Shown: piece after piece, positions 39,226 to 52,205 of the stretch
Layout: each line of letters starts with the position of its first letter
Position numbering within the stretch: the first letter of the stretch is position 1
Assembly: GCA_964270895.1 (NCBI GenBank)
Contig: OZ185438.1
Strand: one strand, 5' to 3'
Length of the DNA: 64,000 bases
Source of the DNA: Podarcis filfolensis
Lineage: Eukaryota
Notes under the pieces: model-generated
What the model saw: the letters and a program-made list of their open reading frames with translations, nothing else
What the model was told of the DNA's origin: nothing
The model's database searches: none
Translations under genes and position numbers: made by a program

Positions 39226-41299
39226 CTTCTTATACAGTCCTGCTACCATCACCCGTTTGCATGATTACAAATCTTTAAACTCTGTGGCAACAGCTGAGCA
39301 GGATTGAAGACAGGGATGCCGAGAGGCAGAGGGATGAATTTAGACTGGACAAATTGGCACAGAAGATGCCAAGCTAAGGTGGTAAGAGAAAGCAGGGAGG
39401 AAAGGCAGTGCAGAGGAATCAGAAGGGTAAGAGACAGAAAGGTGGGGTTTGAATAACTGGAGGATGATGAAAGAGAGGAGTTGACAGAGGTATAAGACAA
39501 GTATGAAGAACTTCTAGTCTGTGGGCAGATTGTGCCCCTTCAGCCCTTTCTATCTGACCCTTGAGACTCTACCTAACCCATCACAAATCCTGTTCCACAC
39601 TCTCCTTTTGGCCTGACTGGAATGTGTCCTTGGACTGGGGTTTTTGCTTGTCTGGATGGAGAGAGGTGTGTATGGAAATCTTTGACTTTTGCACATCCGG
39701 AATATAGCTGACTGTGCACAGATAAGAGTTGCACTCACTGCACTCACTTTTGTTGCAAGCTTTCCCCACTACCGGCATGCTGTCCTTAGATGGTTGTGCA
39801 AGATGGACTGTGGCTACTGGGCTGAACAAAGTTTCCTGCCTGCCCCTGGTCTAAAGGAACAGAGAAGATAAATCTGGAAAGAGAGGGAAGTAGCAAAGGA
39901 GAAATGGAAGGAGTATGGGATCTCAAAGGATTGGCATATAAAGCATTAAGAGGAAGGATGATGGGTCAGTACTGGTTACAAAGAGGAATGTTGACTGCAA
40001 GTTGCCTTCCCAGCGATATCCTTCCTATGGTAAGATTATGCTCACATTTCCACCATTTGGTGGACGTATAAGTTCTAGAAGTAAATCTACATAATATGGC
40101 GTATTCTAATGATATAGTCAGTCCCTTTCATGTTTCTACATTGAACAAAGCATCCTTTGCTCACAATGACACTGAGTCATGCTTAAAGCGCTGGCAAAAC
40201 AGGTTCTTTTTAAGATCGTGGTTAATTAAGTTGTAGTTTAGAATCAAGGTTTGACTACAGGACAATCACTTAGAACAGAAACATCCTACCCCAGCAAAAG
40301 AAAAGCATTTCTGGGTCAGTCATGCAGAATATGGAGAATCCTATCTGAGTTGCACAAGAGACGAATTCTGCACTTGCATTTTTGTGAACTTTAAAACCCA
40401 GCCCTTCAAATGTTATTGTTCTGGCAAGCGTACATAGTTTCAACAATTGTACAATCAAAGAGGCATTAGCGCAAAAGCTTACAAGGCTTCCTCTATAAAT
40501 CAGGCTATTAATGTAGACAGTTCCAGCAACATCTAAACAGGCCAAAAGTTAATTGCCCTTGCAGATCTAGAAATGTACTTAGTCCTTAACATTTATGCAC
40601 TCCTTTCAGTATTAAATATTTACTTTTGTTTTCTGTCAGTGTCACCCTCCTTAGATAGCTGAAGGTAATTACCGTCCTCATTCCGACACACTACAAGTAT
40701 GTTCTAAAGCAGCTCATTGCAGTTGCATCGTTAAATAGATTCTCTTTGGGAATTGCTGGGTCTTGGAAGAAGGCATAGTGATGGGCAGTGCCACCTGCTG
40801 TCACCTAAGATCAAAGGCTTGCACTGCCCAGCTGAGAAGCTGGGACATCCTTGGCTTGCCAGATCATTGCTCCCACACCCCAAAGTAAATTATCAGATAG
40901 ACACAAATCCATCTAAAAGCTACCTCTGTTCTATCACACTTTGTGTGGCGATGGGGATCCTCAGGCCTGGGAACCAACTGTGCCTGTCCACAGTCTCTCT
41001 TTCTGGCCCTCAGGACTCTTCTCAGGCCATACTCCTCACCAATCCTACTTTGCACCCTTCTGGGATATTTTTCCTTGGCTAGAATGTTTCCTTACTTCTT
41101 ATTGCTTGACCAGATGGAGGATAGAGAGGGGTGTGTGCAAAAACTAGGTGCCACTGAAAAGGTAAAATTCACATTTCTTGTTTTTCTCATGGCTCTAAAG
41201 TGAATCAGAATAAGACCAAACAGAGGAAAGCATACTTGGTTCTTTATGGCTGGAATCTGCTTGTTGCCAGTGTTTTTCCTGTTTCCCTATTCAGCTCAT

Positions 41300-41450
41300 A
41301 AAGGTAAAGGTAAAGGTAAAGGTAAAGGGACTCCTGACCATTAGGTCCAGTCATGGCCGACTCTGGGGTTGCGGCACTCATCTTGCTTTACTGGCTGAGG
41401 GAGCTTCCGGGTCATGTGACCAGCAGGAGCAGGGATCGAGCAACGGGAGC
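41300..41450 (-). mobile_element. Sauria SINE, internally deleted
   Basis: (AAAGGT)n tail, gggactcctgaccattaggtccag, then a jump to ggagcagggatcgagcaacgggagctc. Confidence 0.85.
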
Positions 41451-42582
41451 TCCCCCTTACTCAAGAGTAAATGCCAATGAACTTCAGAGTTCATTGGTAT
41501 ATGATTGTTCTCCCATATATCACTTGCTTCATGACAAGTGTTAGATTGTTTGTATTTATCTTTGAATTTTGTTATCACCCACCCCCACCCCCGGTGAGTG
41601 TTTCTGTCTTAAATTGTTCATTATGCCTCTTGAGTATCTCACAGTGAGGACACTTTTTTCTTCTGGAACTGCTGAAAGAGAATATTATTTCTATTATGGC
41701 ATTTTAAGCTTGTGTATTTTAGATTCCAAAACAAGCTGCAGTAATGATTTCCCAAAACAATCCTGAGCACTTTGCTTTTGCTGAGCCATCTCATCTTGGC
41801 TCTACAGCTGAATTGATTTTGCAGCCTTCTTCCTTTGCTACTGAGAGCGCATTTGTTGATCACTTTTCAGCATCTCATTCTTCACCCTCTTGGCTGTTGC
41901 TACACAGGTACTTGTGGTAGTGAGAGGCTATCATGAATATTTATTAGAAATGGCTTTCTGATTCAGTTGTGCTCAGGAAATGCATTTGTTAAAGAGGAAG
42001 ATATGGATGTTGACAATGAAAGCAAAACCTTGTAATAATTTTGGCTTCACAATAAACACAAAGTGGTGCAGTATTCATTCTAAAAATATATATCTAATAT
42101 TTCACATTTAAATAACACTTTAGATTACCACCCTCTTCTTATGTGTTGACTGAATTTGGGCATTCGTCCATAGCTTCATAAACCACAATCTGATTTACTA
42201 TCTGGTTTATTCCTGACACTAAACCAGAGTTCCCTGGTTCAGATGCTGCAGCAAATTCCAAGGTACCCAAGCTTTATGCGAGTCAGAGTCTCTGTGCCAA
42301 AACTGGTGTGTGGCAGAAAGAAAGGAGGGGTTCATAAAGTGGTGGGTAAATGAACATTTTTGGCCATTGTCTCAACAATCCATATGCCAAACTTGCAAGG
42401 TAAGCAGTAGCTTATGGTCAACGACAGATTTGAATGAAGTCTTTCCTGATTCACAGAACAGTCCCTCAGCTGTGCATCCCAAACTGTATGTCTTGTGCAT
42501 CCCAGGGGAGAGGTACCCATGCTGTGGGGAAACTTAGATAGCCCATCACAAGCAGTATCCTAAAGCTGGAAATGAAGGGATA

Positions 42583-43018
42583 TGTAAAGGTAATTGGGGT
42601 TGCTCGTGCGTAAGGGGGCTGCTGCTCTAGGCAACGTTGTCTGGCTAAACCTTTCCCTGGCTGGACAGCCCTTTCTCCGTGGCTGTGTCAGTCACTGGCA
42701 GAATCCGTCAGTGGGTGTTTCCTGAACTTCTTCCAACATAAAAGCTGCTTGACGCCAAGTCTCCGCCTAGCTTCCCTGCGCGGAAGTCTTCTGCGCAGAG
42801 TGGGCGTGGCCAGCGGAGGTCCTGGGCTCTCCCCGCTGGTCTCTGTGGAAGAGTCTTGGAGCCATCTCTCCGAAGTCCTTCCCTGCTCCCCTTTCTTCCT
42901 GGTGTCATGCCGATTTCCTTCCCCAAAGGAAGTGTTCTCTCTCTCCCTGCTGGTCCCTTCTCCTGCATCGTTGGGGAGCCTTACCTCCACTCTTGGCTCC
43001 AATGGCAGTTCCCTGACA
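42583..43018 (-). mobile_element. Solo LTR, Gypsy-like (436 bp)
   Basis: TG...CA termini (minus strand starts TGTCAGGGAACTG) and a perfect 4-bp TSD GATA; CpGs retained. Confidence 0.85.
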
Positions 43019-43128
43019 GATAGGAGCCAGGAGAATCAGCTCTTCAGGAGCGTCCTGCAACATATTGTCAATGCCTGGGCTAATGTCCACAAGGTTTGTA
43101 TATACAAAACTTCAAGGTGTGCTGTGGA

Positions 43129-43533
43129 TAGGGATGGGCGAATCAATCTATTTTGGTGTCTCTCATTTTCTCAGTTTTCTAGTCTTAAGTTCATTTTTTC
43201 CATTTTTCCATATTGGTTGGTGAATATTGTTTTTAAAAGTTCACATGAAAATCCACCGGTATTTTAGTGTGAATTTCTCCTAATATACATATTTTGCAAT
43301 GCAATTTTGCCTAATATAATGCATTTTTGTAGATTATATTTATAAAGATATGTATTTTATGCACACTTTAGCCCGGTATTTGCATTTTTGTGTATGTTAC
43401 TTGGCAGAACTCGCACTGCAAAATTCAGAGACGTGCAAATCTCAAAGTAGGGCTGTGTTTGTTCATTGTTTCAAAAAGTGCTCATTTGTTAGCTTCACCT
43501 TCAAGTGCAAACTAATTCAAATTGATCCCCCTA
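43129..43533 (-). mobile_element. Non-autonomous hAT element (TAGGGATG...CCCTA)
   Basis: Terminal inverted ends with an 8-bp TSD GCTGTGGA/GCTGTGGG. Confidence 0.8.
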
Positions 43534-44619
43534 GCTGTGGGTACTCTATCCAGCATACCTGTAGTGTGTCTTTTCACACACATACATCGTGTGGAAGATC
43601 TGAGCCAACTGAGCATGTGACTGCTAGACTAATTCCAGGAGATGAGATTCCCTGAAAGGATATGCAGAAGATCCCATGGAATGCTCTGACAATACTGTAT
43701 GTACTTAATGTATGTGGGGTAGCAGGGAGATCCATTTGCATGCTGGAACCAAGGGATTTCCTTTAAAACATCAGCAACACCCAAGACTTTGTGAATCAAT
43801 AGGCTCCAATCAACACAATCAGACTAAAGCTATCCTTGAATGCAAAGGGAGGAAATGAAGGTGGCAGGAACTACTGCACAGCTTAAGTGTGCGTATGTGA
43901 TTAGAAGTAATAATTTTAAGATACTCTGAAGTTGGGCTGCAGTCTATGTTCATCATAACGTCCTGGTAGTAAAACCCAGGAATGTGTGCAGGGTATATTT
44001 TTAGCATGCATTGCCCTTGGCAAGTGTCTGTCAGATCATAGTAACTTTAAGCTGCCATTGGATAATTGTTGGCTTTCCAAAACACTGCTGTCCCTCAAGC
44101 ATTCTTCTGTCTTATTATCAACTACACTTGGGCTGACATGTGAAAAACTCTGTAAGTGAACTTGGCTACTCTTGCCAGCAATTACCATACATTATTTTCC
44201 TGAAGATTGTGATAGCTCAGGTGGTTAAGAGCAGAGTACCTTTAGAGCAGACGCTCAAGGTATAAAATTTAAAAGAGATGATTTGGGGAAAGTGGGCCTT
44301 GCCATTTCTCCTGGTTACATTTTTTTCAAGCTATTGATCATTTGCTTCATGATATGCCTTCCTTTTGCAGAAGACAAAATTTATCCCTGCCCTTCATTGA
44401 TTTCCCAACCACACCTACTTAGTTACTATGATGGGCATGTCTACTCAGAATTAAACCCCATTGTGTTCAATTAGCCTTACTTTCAGGAAAACATATACAG
44501 GGCTGCAGCCTTAGTGCACTACAGTAATACTTGTAGAAAAAACTAAAATCATCGTATGATTTTCACATGAAGAATTGCAGGCCATCAATGAAGGGCACAT
44601 CCATCACATACATTTAAAG

Positions 44620-44755
44620 CAGGCTTCATCAACCTAGGCCCTCCAGATGTTTTGAGACTAAAATTCCCAGCATCCCTGACCACTGGTCTTGCTAGCTAGG
44701 GATCATGGGAGTTGTAGGCCAAAAACATATGGAGGGCCGAGGTTAAGGAAGCCTG
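44620..44755. mobile_element. hAT MITE (136 bp)
   Basis: Perfect TSD ATTTAAAG; CAGGCTTC...GAAGCCTG TIR. Confidence 0.93.
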
Positions 44756-45380
44756 ATTTAAAGAATTCTTGTGGAAATTTAAGAGTCACAGCTTTCCCCC
44801 AAAAAACCTCGGAACTGTAGTTTGTGAAGGTTGCTGGGAAGTATTTGGATGCGACCAATGAGAAGCAAATAGAGTGCTATGGAAATTGGTGATCAATAAG
44901 AGATGATAGGTTAGGGATCTTTGCCATTATTATCACTGATTGAATACCTAGTGGACATGTGTAAGCCAACAAGGTATTTACAGCCTTATACTATACTATT
45001 TTAAAAGACAGCCACTAAAGAGTGTGTAGGCCATTCCTCACTGTAGCCCGTCCATATGTAAATTTTATTTGAGACATGTTAAATTGTCCATAAATATGGT
45101 TGCCAAATTGGTGGTCCAGAAAAAATATTATGCCTTTAAATCTGATGTCAGTACTTTACACTGAAGGCAGTACTTTACACTGCCAGTGATCATGAAAAAC
45201 AAAGGAATGAGGATGTCCTTACTCAGAAGAAAAGAGCTCCATGGCAAGGCCCAGCTGTGGTGACAGCGTACAAGTCCATGACTTCTGAAGGGCCAACAGC
45301 ACCTTGTGTTGTTGCTGCTGACACATAAGAACACACACCAATGTGAGGGGTTTGTGATCATTTGTAGTCATACCCTAAAC

Positions 45381-45516
45381 CAGGCATAGGCAAACTCGGC
45401 CCTCCAGATGTTTTGGGACTACAGCTCCCACCATCCCTAGCTAACAGGACTAGTGGTCCGGGATGATGGGATTTGTAGTCTCAAAACCTCTGGAGGGCCG
45501 AGTTTGCCTATGCCTG
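45381..45516. mobile_element. hAT MITE (136 bp), young
   Basis: Long perfect TIR CAGGCATAGGCAAACTCGGCCCTCCAGA and perfect TSD CCCTAAAC. Confidence 0.95.
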
Positions 45517-48114
45517 CCCTAAACAGTGCTGACAGAATAGCACCCCTGTCTTGGCTGCTACACAGCAGGTCTCTGGCTATCCCCCTGGCTGATGCTCAGC
45601 GATTGTGGCAGCAGCGAACCTGGTTTGCAGGAGATTTCAAGGCAAAGCAGTTTTTTTGGATCAAATTATACAGATCACTCCACTCCCACCCACCACAGCT
45701 GAAAGCCAGCCATTACTGCAGTAGGAATCATGTGGGTGTTTTCTCATACAACAAAGAATTGCACCCTACGAGATATCCAAAACAAGAAGCGACAAGTTCC
45801 CTAAACCTGACTGACACTGTAAGCGGAATGTGTGTGGGCAGTGGGTAAAAATAGCTCCAGTGTTTTGGTCACATGCCAGTTGGGCTAGCAACTATATTAT
45901 TGAGTCAAGTACTATGGAATGCTTTTTTTTAAATGCCATGATACTCAGCATGACCACAGACTATAGGGAAACACCATATTTATTACATCACACAGAATAA
46001 GATTAAGATAGCTTTTGTTAAGGGGCCTAGCAAGCGAACATGACCAGGCTTCTGAGGTATTTGACTACATTCCTGAAGGCTACCGGCTGACTCTAGTCTC
46101 AAGCTGAAATAAGATCTAATCCTTTGAGTTGGAAAAAACAACAACCTTCGTATGATTGTAAACATACCAACTTTACGAACTTGAAAACCCTTATGAGTCC
46201 TGGACTTGGCCACATACTTCTGTATAATTTATCCTGTGGTATTTGAAGGCTCCGTTCACCCAACATGGTCACTAGTTGGATGTCACATGACATTTAATGA
46301 ATAAAAATAAATTGCACCCACATGGTGGCTGCTCTGTGTGGCTTGTCACTGGTATCACATGGAATGGCAGCTTCCCCCGCCCTCATTCCATCACTGCATC
46401 TCACATGGTTAGGAGGAATATTTGGTGGTGACATCTTTGAGACTTAGGGGTGTGGAACACTTTTCATTCCACAGGGCGCATTTCCTCATGGGCAACCCTC
46501 TGCTGGCCACATGCAATCAAGCGGTATATAAATTTTATGCAATAAATAATGCCAGTGGTGGGTTGGGCAATTGATATGACTCTTGTATTTGTTTAGCAGG
46601 TTATAGTCCAACCATGAAAAAGCCAGAGCTTTCTATATGTATATCTCACCATCCAGGTAGTCAAGAGGACAATGTTAGAGTTCAAGGCCATATTCCATCC
46701 ATCCTCGCAAAAGAACTGGAGGACGGTGTAAATCAGTGCCAGATATCTCTAACCCTAAGAGTCACATTTGTGCCCCAGGTTGAAGGTTCCTCACCCCAGA
46801 TCCAGAAAAGCCACCTGGAATGATTATTTGGTGAGCCACCAGACAAAAATGTCTCACTTGAAGGAGCAGCCAGCAAACATATGTAATATATTGGCTCCGT
46901 GTTTGTTTATTTTTATTTGCAAGTGAACTTTTCGCTCCCAGTTGTCTCCTTGCCAGGAAAAACTTCTTTAAAGAAAAAGAAAAAGACTATTGCTAAAGCA
47001 CAGGAGCGAGCCCAGTAAGAGAAGAGGCAAAATCCAGTTCAAGTAAGCTACTCCTTCATGTGAAAGTGGCTTGGTTAAGCTGAGCAGGCTTCAGTAAACA
47101 GGTCTCAATATTTTGTGTCTTCATGCAGAGAAAATAAAACAGTCTTCCAATGCATGTAATTGAGGCCAGGCTGCATTGCAAACACACAGCGGGATGGAAG
47201 GAGGTTCTGCCTATCAAGACCTTTGCCTGTGGCTGCTTTCTAATACTGCTGAAATGCAGAGGAGGAAGATAGATTTTAAGGAACACAAACCATTTAGGTT
47301 CTCCACAGATAGCACACAGACTGCACCAGCATGGTTTCTTTCCTTCAACCCCCCCACCCCAAGATGCCTGAGGTGAATACCAGCCTAGTTTATGCCCAAC
47401 AGATAAGCACTAAAATATATTACAGCTTTGTAAGCAAAATAAAGAAACAGCTCCTTACCAGGTTTTGTGGCCTCTGCGGCCTTTCCTATAAAAAGCTCCT
47501 AGACACATTAGTTCAGCATCGGGATTTGAAAAGCCACCTTGCTTTCAAGGGATTATGGGTTCAATCCAATTGCAGGTTTCTAAACCATTTTCCTCTTAAA
47601 AGGATCCTGGACATGTAATCGCATTAGTCCCTGACTGGCCTCCATTCAGGGAAGCCAGAATGTTAGGAGTGATGGTGCTGTCTTGTGGCACTTGGCAAAG
47701 CCAGGTCAGAATGCTTTAAAAAAGGGGGGGATGATCCTGGCTATGGGATCACAAAAGGGATCTACAGCTGTGCTTGCCCATCTCTAGGCCTAATACCTTT
47801 TTGTGGCTATTCAGTTTGGGATCTTTAAATAGGAAAGCCAGTCAGTCATCTATTTGCTTAAACACTAACAGGGAGTGCAAAGCTGTGTAAAATTTACAAC
47901 ATGACAGGTCCTATTAACAGGTACAATGCATCAGAAGAGGTGTCAAACATTTCTGTAAAGATAATTGTCCTGGTACTGACTTTGTTAAATGAAACAAGAT
48001 TTATTTGTGCCTTTGGCATGCATGCATGGTATACAGGCCCATGTAACTACTCTTGTATACTTGGCTTCCTGGCTAACTTGTAACACTAAGTCAAGCTATG
48101 ACTTAGCACAAGCT

Positions 48115-48353
48115 CCTGGAACGGACTGATGTCAATATCCCCCAATTTCAGATCACCTTCTTCCTGCCCTGTTGAGAAAACAAGGTCCAGAGTGGGACTT
48201 GTCACATGCATTGAGCCAATTACATGTTGGAACAGCCATTAAGTCCTGAGCCACCCAAGTCAGTTGCCTAGTCATGGATGTTGACGTCCCCCAAAACCAA
48301 CAGTCCAGGAGTCCTCAACACTGCCTCTGAGACCAGCTCTGTCAGCTCAGACA
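48115..48353 (-). mobile_element. L2 LINE endonuclease-domain fragment
   Basis: Translates LSELTELVSEAVLRTPGLLVLGDVNIH...TLDLVFSTGQEEGDL (GDFNIH and HTLDL APE motifs). Confidence 0.8.
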
Positions 48354-48887
48354 GGACATTATTATTTAGAGGTTTTCAGAATCTACTGCAGAGTGAAGCT
48401 GTAATCCCTGTCTGCCTCTGCAGTTTCACTGCTCTGCTCACAGACATTGAAGGTGAGGGGTGGGTGGGTGTGGAGATATTTGGTGATTTAGGTAGTGGGG
48501 AGGGGAATAGGGGCAGAATTAAGAAGCCAAGTCAGAGTGAGGGCAGCATTGGTTCTTGCTCTCACTCCTGTACATGAAGCCTTCAAGAGAAAAAGTTAAC
48601 AAGGCAGTGATGAGCCCCATCACCTCTGCTGTGAGGCTCATGAAAACAGGTAGGCATGCAAAACCCGAGAGGGGATACAGTTCTGCGAAACCTTTCACCC
48701 TGAACCTCCATGTTTCAAGTGGGAAATTCTTCAATAAAGTTCCAGCTCAACTCTATACTTATGTCTGTGCTGGCTTGGGAAGATGGGAGTTGTTGTCTAA
48801 AACAGCTTGAGGGCATCAGGTTGGTGAAGGCTGATTTAGAGTATCAGAAAAATAAGACTGAAGTGAAAATATGTTGTTACAAGGAAA

Positions 48888-48890
<3 letters not shown>

Positions 48891-48932
<42 letters not shown>
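48891..48932. repeat. (GT)n microsatellite
   Basis: Seen directly. Confidence 0.99.
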
Positions 48933-48934
<2 letters not shown>

Positions 48935-49464
48935 TATAATTGTAATGAATTCAGCCTTACAGCTAAAGGGCCGTATAAAATGTTGTGGATCTAAGTTATT
49001 ACAAACCATCTGGATTAAGAGGATGGAAAACCTCCCTAGCAGTTTATCGTTCTAATAGATACTTTGCCGCGTATGTGCATGCATTACAGTGATAAGATAC
49101 CAGATGGCCTTTTTTGAGGAGGGGAAAAAAAGAGAGCTGTTTCAAATAGTAAATCCCTCTTTATCATCCCATACCAATACTCCTTTAGTGAATAAGATAG
49201 AGAGCCGAAAGGGAAGAAACACTGTTTTTAAAGAGCTTTAAAGAGTAGTATGTGTAATAGAAAAGTCACTGTAAGTACACTATTCCCCCACCAATAAATT
49301 AATTGAGGCAACTAATGATATAAACCAGAATTCAGAATGACTTGCCACTTAAGTGTGTTGCATGGAAATGAATGAGACTACTAGGTTCATCTTGACATAA
49401 ATGACATTCCAATATGTATATGAAATTTGAATACAGTACGTAAGGCTGGTATGAGATGATGTGG

Positions 49465-49577
49465 AATGTTGTTTAGGGAAGCTTTTAATGTTTGATGCAT
49501 TACTGTATTTTAATATTTTGTTGGAAGCCGCCCAGAATGGCTGGGGAAGCCCAGCCAGATGGGTGGTGTATAAATTT

Positions 49578-49618
<41 letters not shown>
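49465..49618 (+). mobile_element. L2-like LINE 3' end with (GTT)n tail
   Basis: ttggaagccgcccagaatggctggggaagcccagccagatgggtgg...tataaat followed by (GTT)n. Confidence 0.55.
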
Positions 49619-50314
49619 GGACAGTATCTGATCCGATCTACAAAAGAAGTTGCAAACTGAATTAATTATGCTGTGTTGTACATGGAGATTCATTGATTGA
49701 TTGATTGGTTGATTGATTTAAAAAAGCCTCCATTGGCTAAACTACTGTGATATCAGAGAATGCTTATGAACATTCTAGCTCAGATGCTGGGACACGGCTG
49801 ACAGGATCTCTGCACTTGGGCTTCACTAAAGGAAATCATCAGTTTGTCTGGGATTAAAATTTCATATGTGCACCTGGGAAAGGAGCAGCTGGGTGGTATG
49901 TGGACAGCCTGGAGGTTGGAAAGCTGAAGGTAAAAAGATTTGAACAGGTAAAAAAAAAGCTAAGAAGCATAGTGCTGAGCTGCAGAGGCAGGAAAGAAAG
50001 GAAGGGAGGGAAGGAACACAGACCATGGAGTAAGATAAAGGGAGATTAGGTGCATGAGACACAAAAAAGGGCCCTGGGGAGCAGATGGACAGATAAGGAG
50101 GAGTTGAAGAAGCGAAAGGTCAGTAACTGCAAAAAACAGCTCATATGTGATTTTAGGGCAGAAGTAGTGTATTGCTGAAAGCCAGTGAGATAAGAGGAGA
50201 AGAAACAGGCAAGGTGAGCAGGCAGGAAGGCTAGCTGGGAGGGTTTAAACAAAATGAAACAGAGTAGATAGTTGCCAGAAAACTAGGGGCCTAATGAAAT
50301 TATGGGTAGTGGAA

Positions 50315-50353
50315 AGGAAGGAAGGAAGGAAGGAAGGAAGGAAGGAAGGAAGG
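50315..50353. repeat. (GGAA)n microsatellite
   Basis: Seen directly. Confidence 0.98.
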
Positions 50354-50390
50354 AGAATAAGAATAAGATGGGGGCAGGAACCTTCACACA

Positions 50391-50662
50391 TGTTAAGTTG
50401 TGGGTGAACATATCAGACAACACAGCAATTCTTCAGACAGCTCAACAATAAACAGCTAAACAATATTCACAGGCCAGAACAGAACAGAACTGAAGGGTTC
50501 AGCCAACCTGCTTATATAGAGCTCAACTACAAGACAACAGTAACAATCTTTCTGTAACTATCCAATCACTGAACGTCACTTTCAATCCCTTATTTGCATA
50601 TGTGGACCTGAGTGAAAATGTACAGTATCCCCCTGCTGGCCCAGGGTGAGAACTTCAGTACA
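50391..50662 (-). mobile_element. Solo LTR (272 bp)
   Basis: Minus strand TGTACTGAAG...CTTAACA with an ordered octamer/CRE/CCAAT/TATA set; TSD imperfect (ACACA/TAACA). Confidence 0.7.
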
Positions 50663-51578
50663 TAACAACACAGGGTCTAGGGACAGAGTTCTCAGCAGAA
50701 GGGAGAGAAGAGACAAGGAACAATGGGGCTTCTGGATGAAAGGCCAACAAGGGAATGCTATTGCTGTATCCACAACTTTAGTGACCATTCGTGTGCCTTT
50801 TTAGAGTTGCCTCCAAATCAAAATTCTAGTACTTTTACCCCCTCCCACCACCATAGAATTTTGCAGAGCTGGCAAACTAAATGGGGCGGCAAGAGCCGAG
50901 AGGGAGTGTGGTGTTAAATTTAATATACTGAAGCAGTGGTTTAAGACAATAGCAATAGTGTAATATAACAGCCCAGTGCAAGGAAAATGCCTCTGCACAT
51001 GGCTGCCAGGATGCATTTCCAGTTCTGAAAATTAATCTTTAATGGTTCCAAATGGATTTTGCCTCTAAAGTCACTGATGACACCAGAGACCACAGGAGCT
51101 GTTTCACTACCATTGTTGTCTTTCATAGCAACGCACATCAACAGAGGCTCTAAGCTGTGGATTACTTACATGATTAAAGATATCCTCATCTCAATAGGAT
51201 TTTAAGGGTCTCTAGAAAGAACTATAATCCACATGCTGTAAGTACAATAATGTAAAACCCTAATGCTAAAACAGTTATTGCTCACACACTCTGTTGTAGG
51301 CAATTTTTTTTTTTGGGGGGGGAGATCTGTTTAGTATTTTGTTTATTATTCACAAAGTGTGATTCCTACTGAATATTTTTATCTCCTTTAAGTCATACAA
51401 TGTCAACGTCTGAAAACATTTAGGTTTTTCTTTTCACATCTATAAAGAGAAAGAGGGAGGCAGGCTTCAATCCCACACACGCTTGTGACTAAAACTCCTT
51501 GAAAGCCATCAGATTTATTTGGTAAACATGCATAAGAATGCTCTCTCAGGCTGCAATCGTATACCACTTACTTACAAG

Positions 51579-51722
51579 TAGGGATGTGGTGAAAACTCAC
51601 TTCCGATTGTATTCCCACAGTTTCCAAAACAATATGAGAACCAAAGCACAGCCTTCTTTCAAAATCTACACTCATCTTAATTTTGCAATGCTGTACTCCA
51701 ATCCAGTAAAAACTTGTGTGCA
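51579..51722 (+). mobile_element. TAGGGATG-type hAT element, 5' part (resumes ~52245)
   Basis: Similar to 36862-37030; interrupted by the pogo MITE at 51723. Confidence 0.65.
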
Positions 51723-52205
51723 CAGTGGTACCTTGGTTCTCAAACGCCTTGGTACTCAAACAACTTGGAACCCAAACACTGCAAACCCAGAAGTAAGTGT
51801 TCTGGTTTGCGAACTTTTTTTGGAAGCCGAACATGCTCCGTTTTGAGTGTTACGCTTCCATTTTGAGTACTTGCGTTTTGAGTGGTACGCTGAGGTCTGT
51901 CTGTTTCTGCAATTTATTTTGTGTTTCTGTTTTTGCAGCTCTTTTTGTTTTGTTTTTGTGACTGTGTGGAACTCTGTTCAGCTACTGATTGATTGTGCGA
52001 CTGCTGTACATTGTTTATTGCTTTCATTTTATGGATCAGTGGTCTCGTTAGATAGTAAAATTCATGTTAAATTGCTGTTTTAGGGGTTGTTGTTAAAAGT
52101 CTGTAATGGATTAATCCATTTTGCATTACTTTCTATGGGAGTCTTGGTTTTGGAACGCTTTGGTTTTGGAACAGACTTCCGGAACGGATTAAGTTTGAGA
52201 ACCAA
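51723..52205. mobile_element. pogo/Tigger-like non-autonomous element (~480 bp)
   Basis: CAGTGGTACCTTGGTTCTCAAAC...GTTTGAGAACCAA; the outer right TIR is replaced by (GT)n. Confidence 0.85.

Noticed and set aside
39260-40000. Purine-rich tract, possibly ancient L2 on the minus strand
   Set aside because: Only vague motif resemblance; unresolved.
42688-43267. 104- and 172-aa ORFs
   Set aside because: They are artefacts of LTR composition, and one runs across the LTR boundary into a hAT element.
44212-44250. tRNA-like A-box (gatagctcaggtggttaagagca)
   Set aside because: No B-box or cloverleaf; at most a decayed SINE head.
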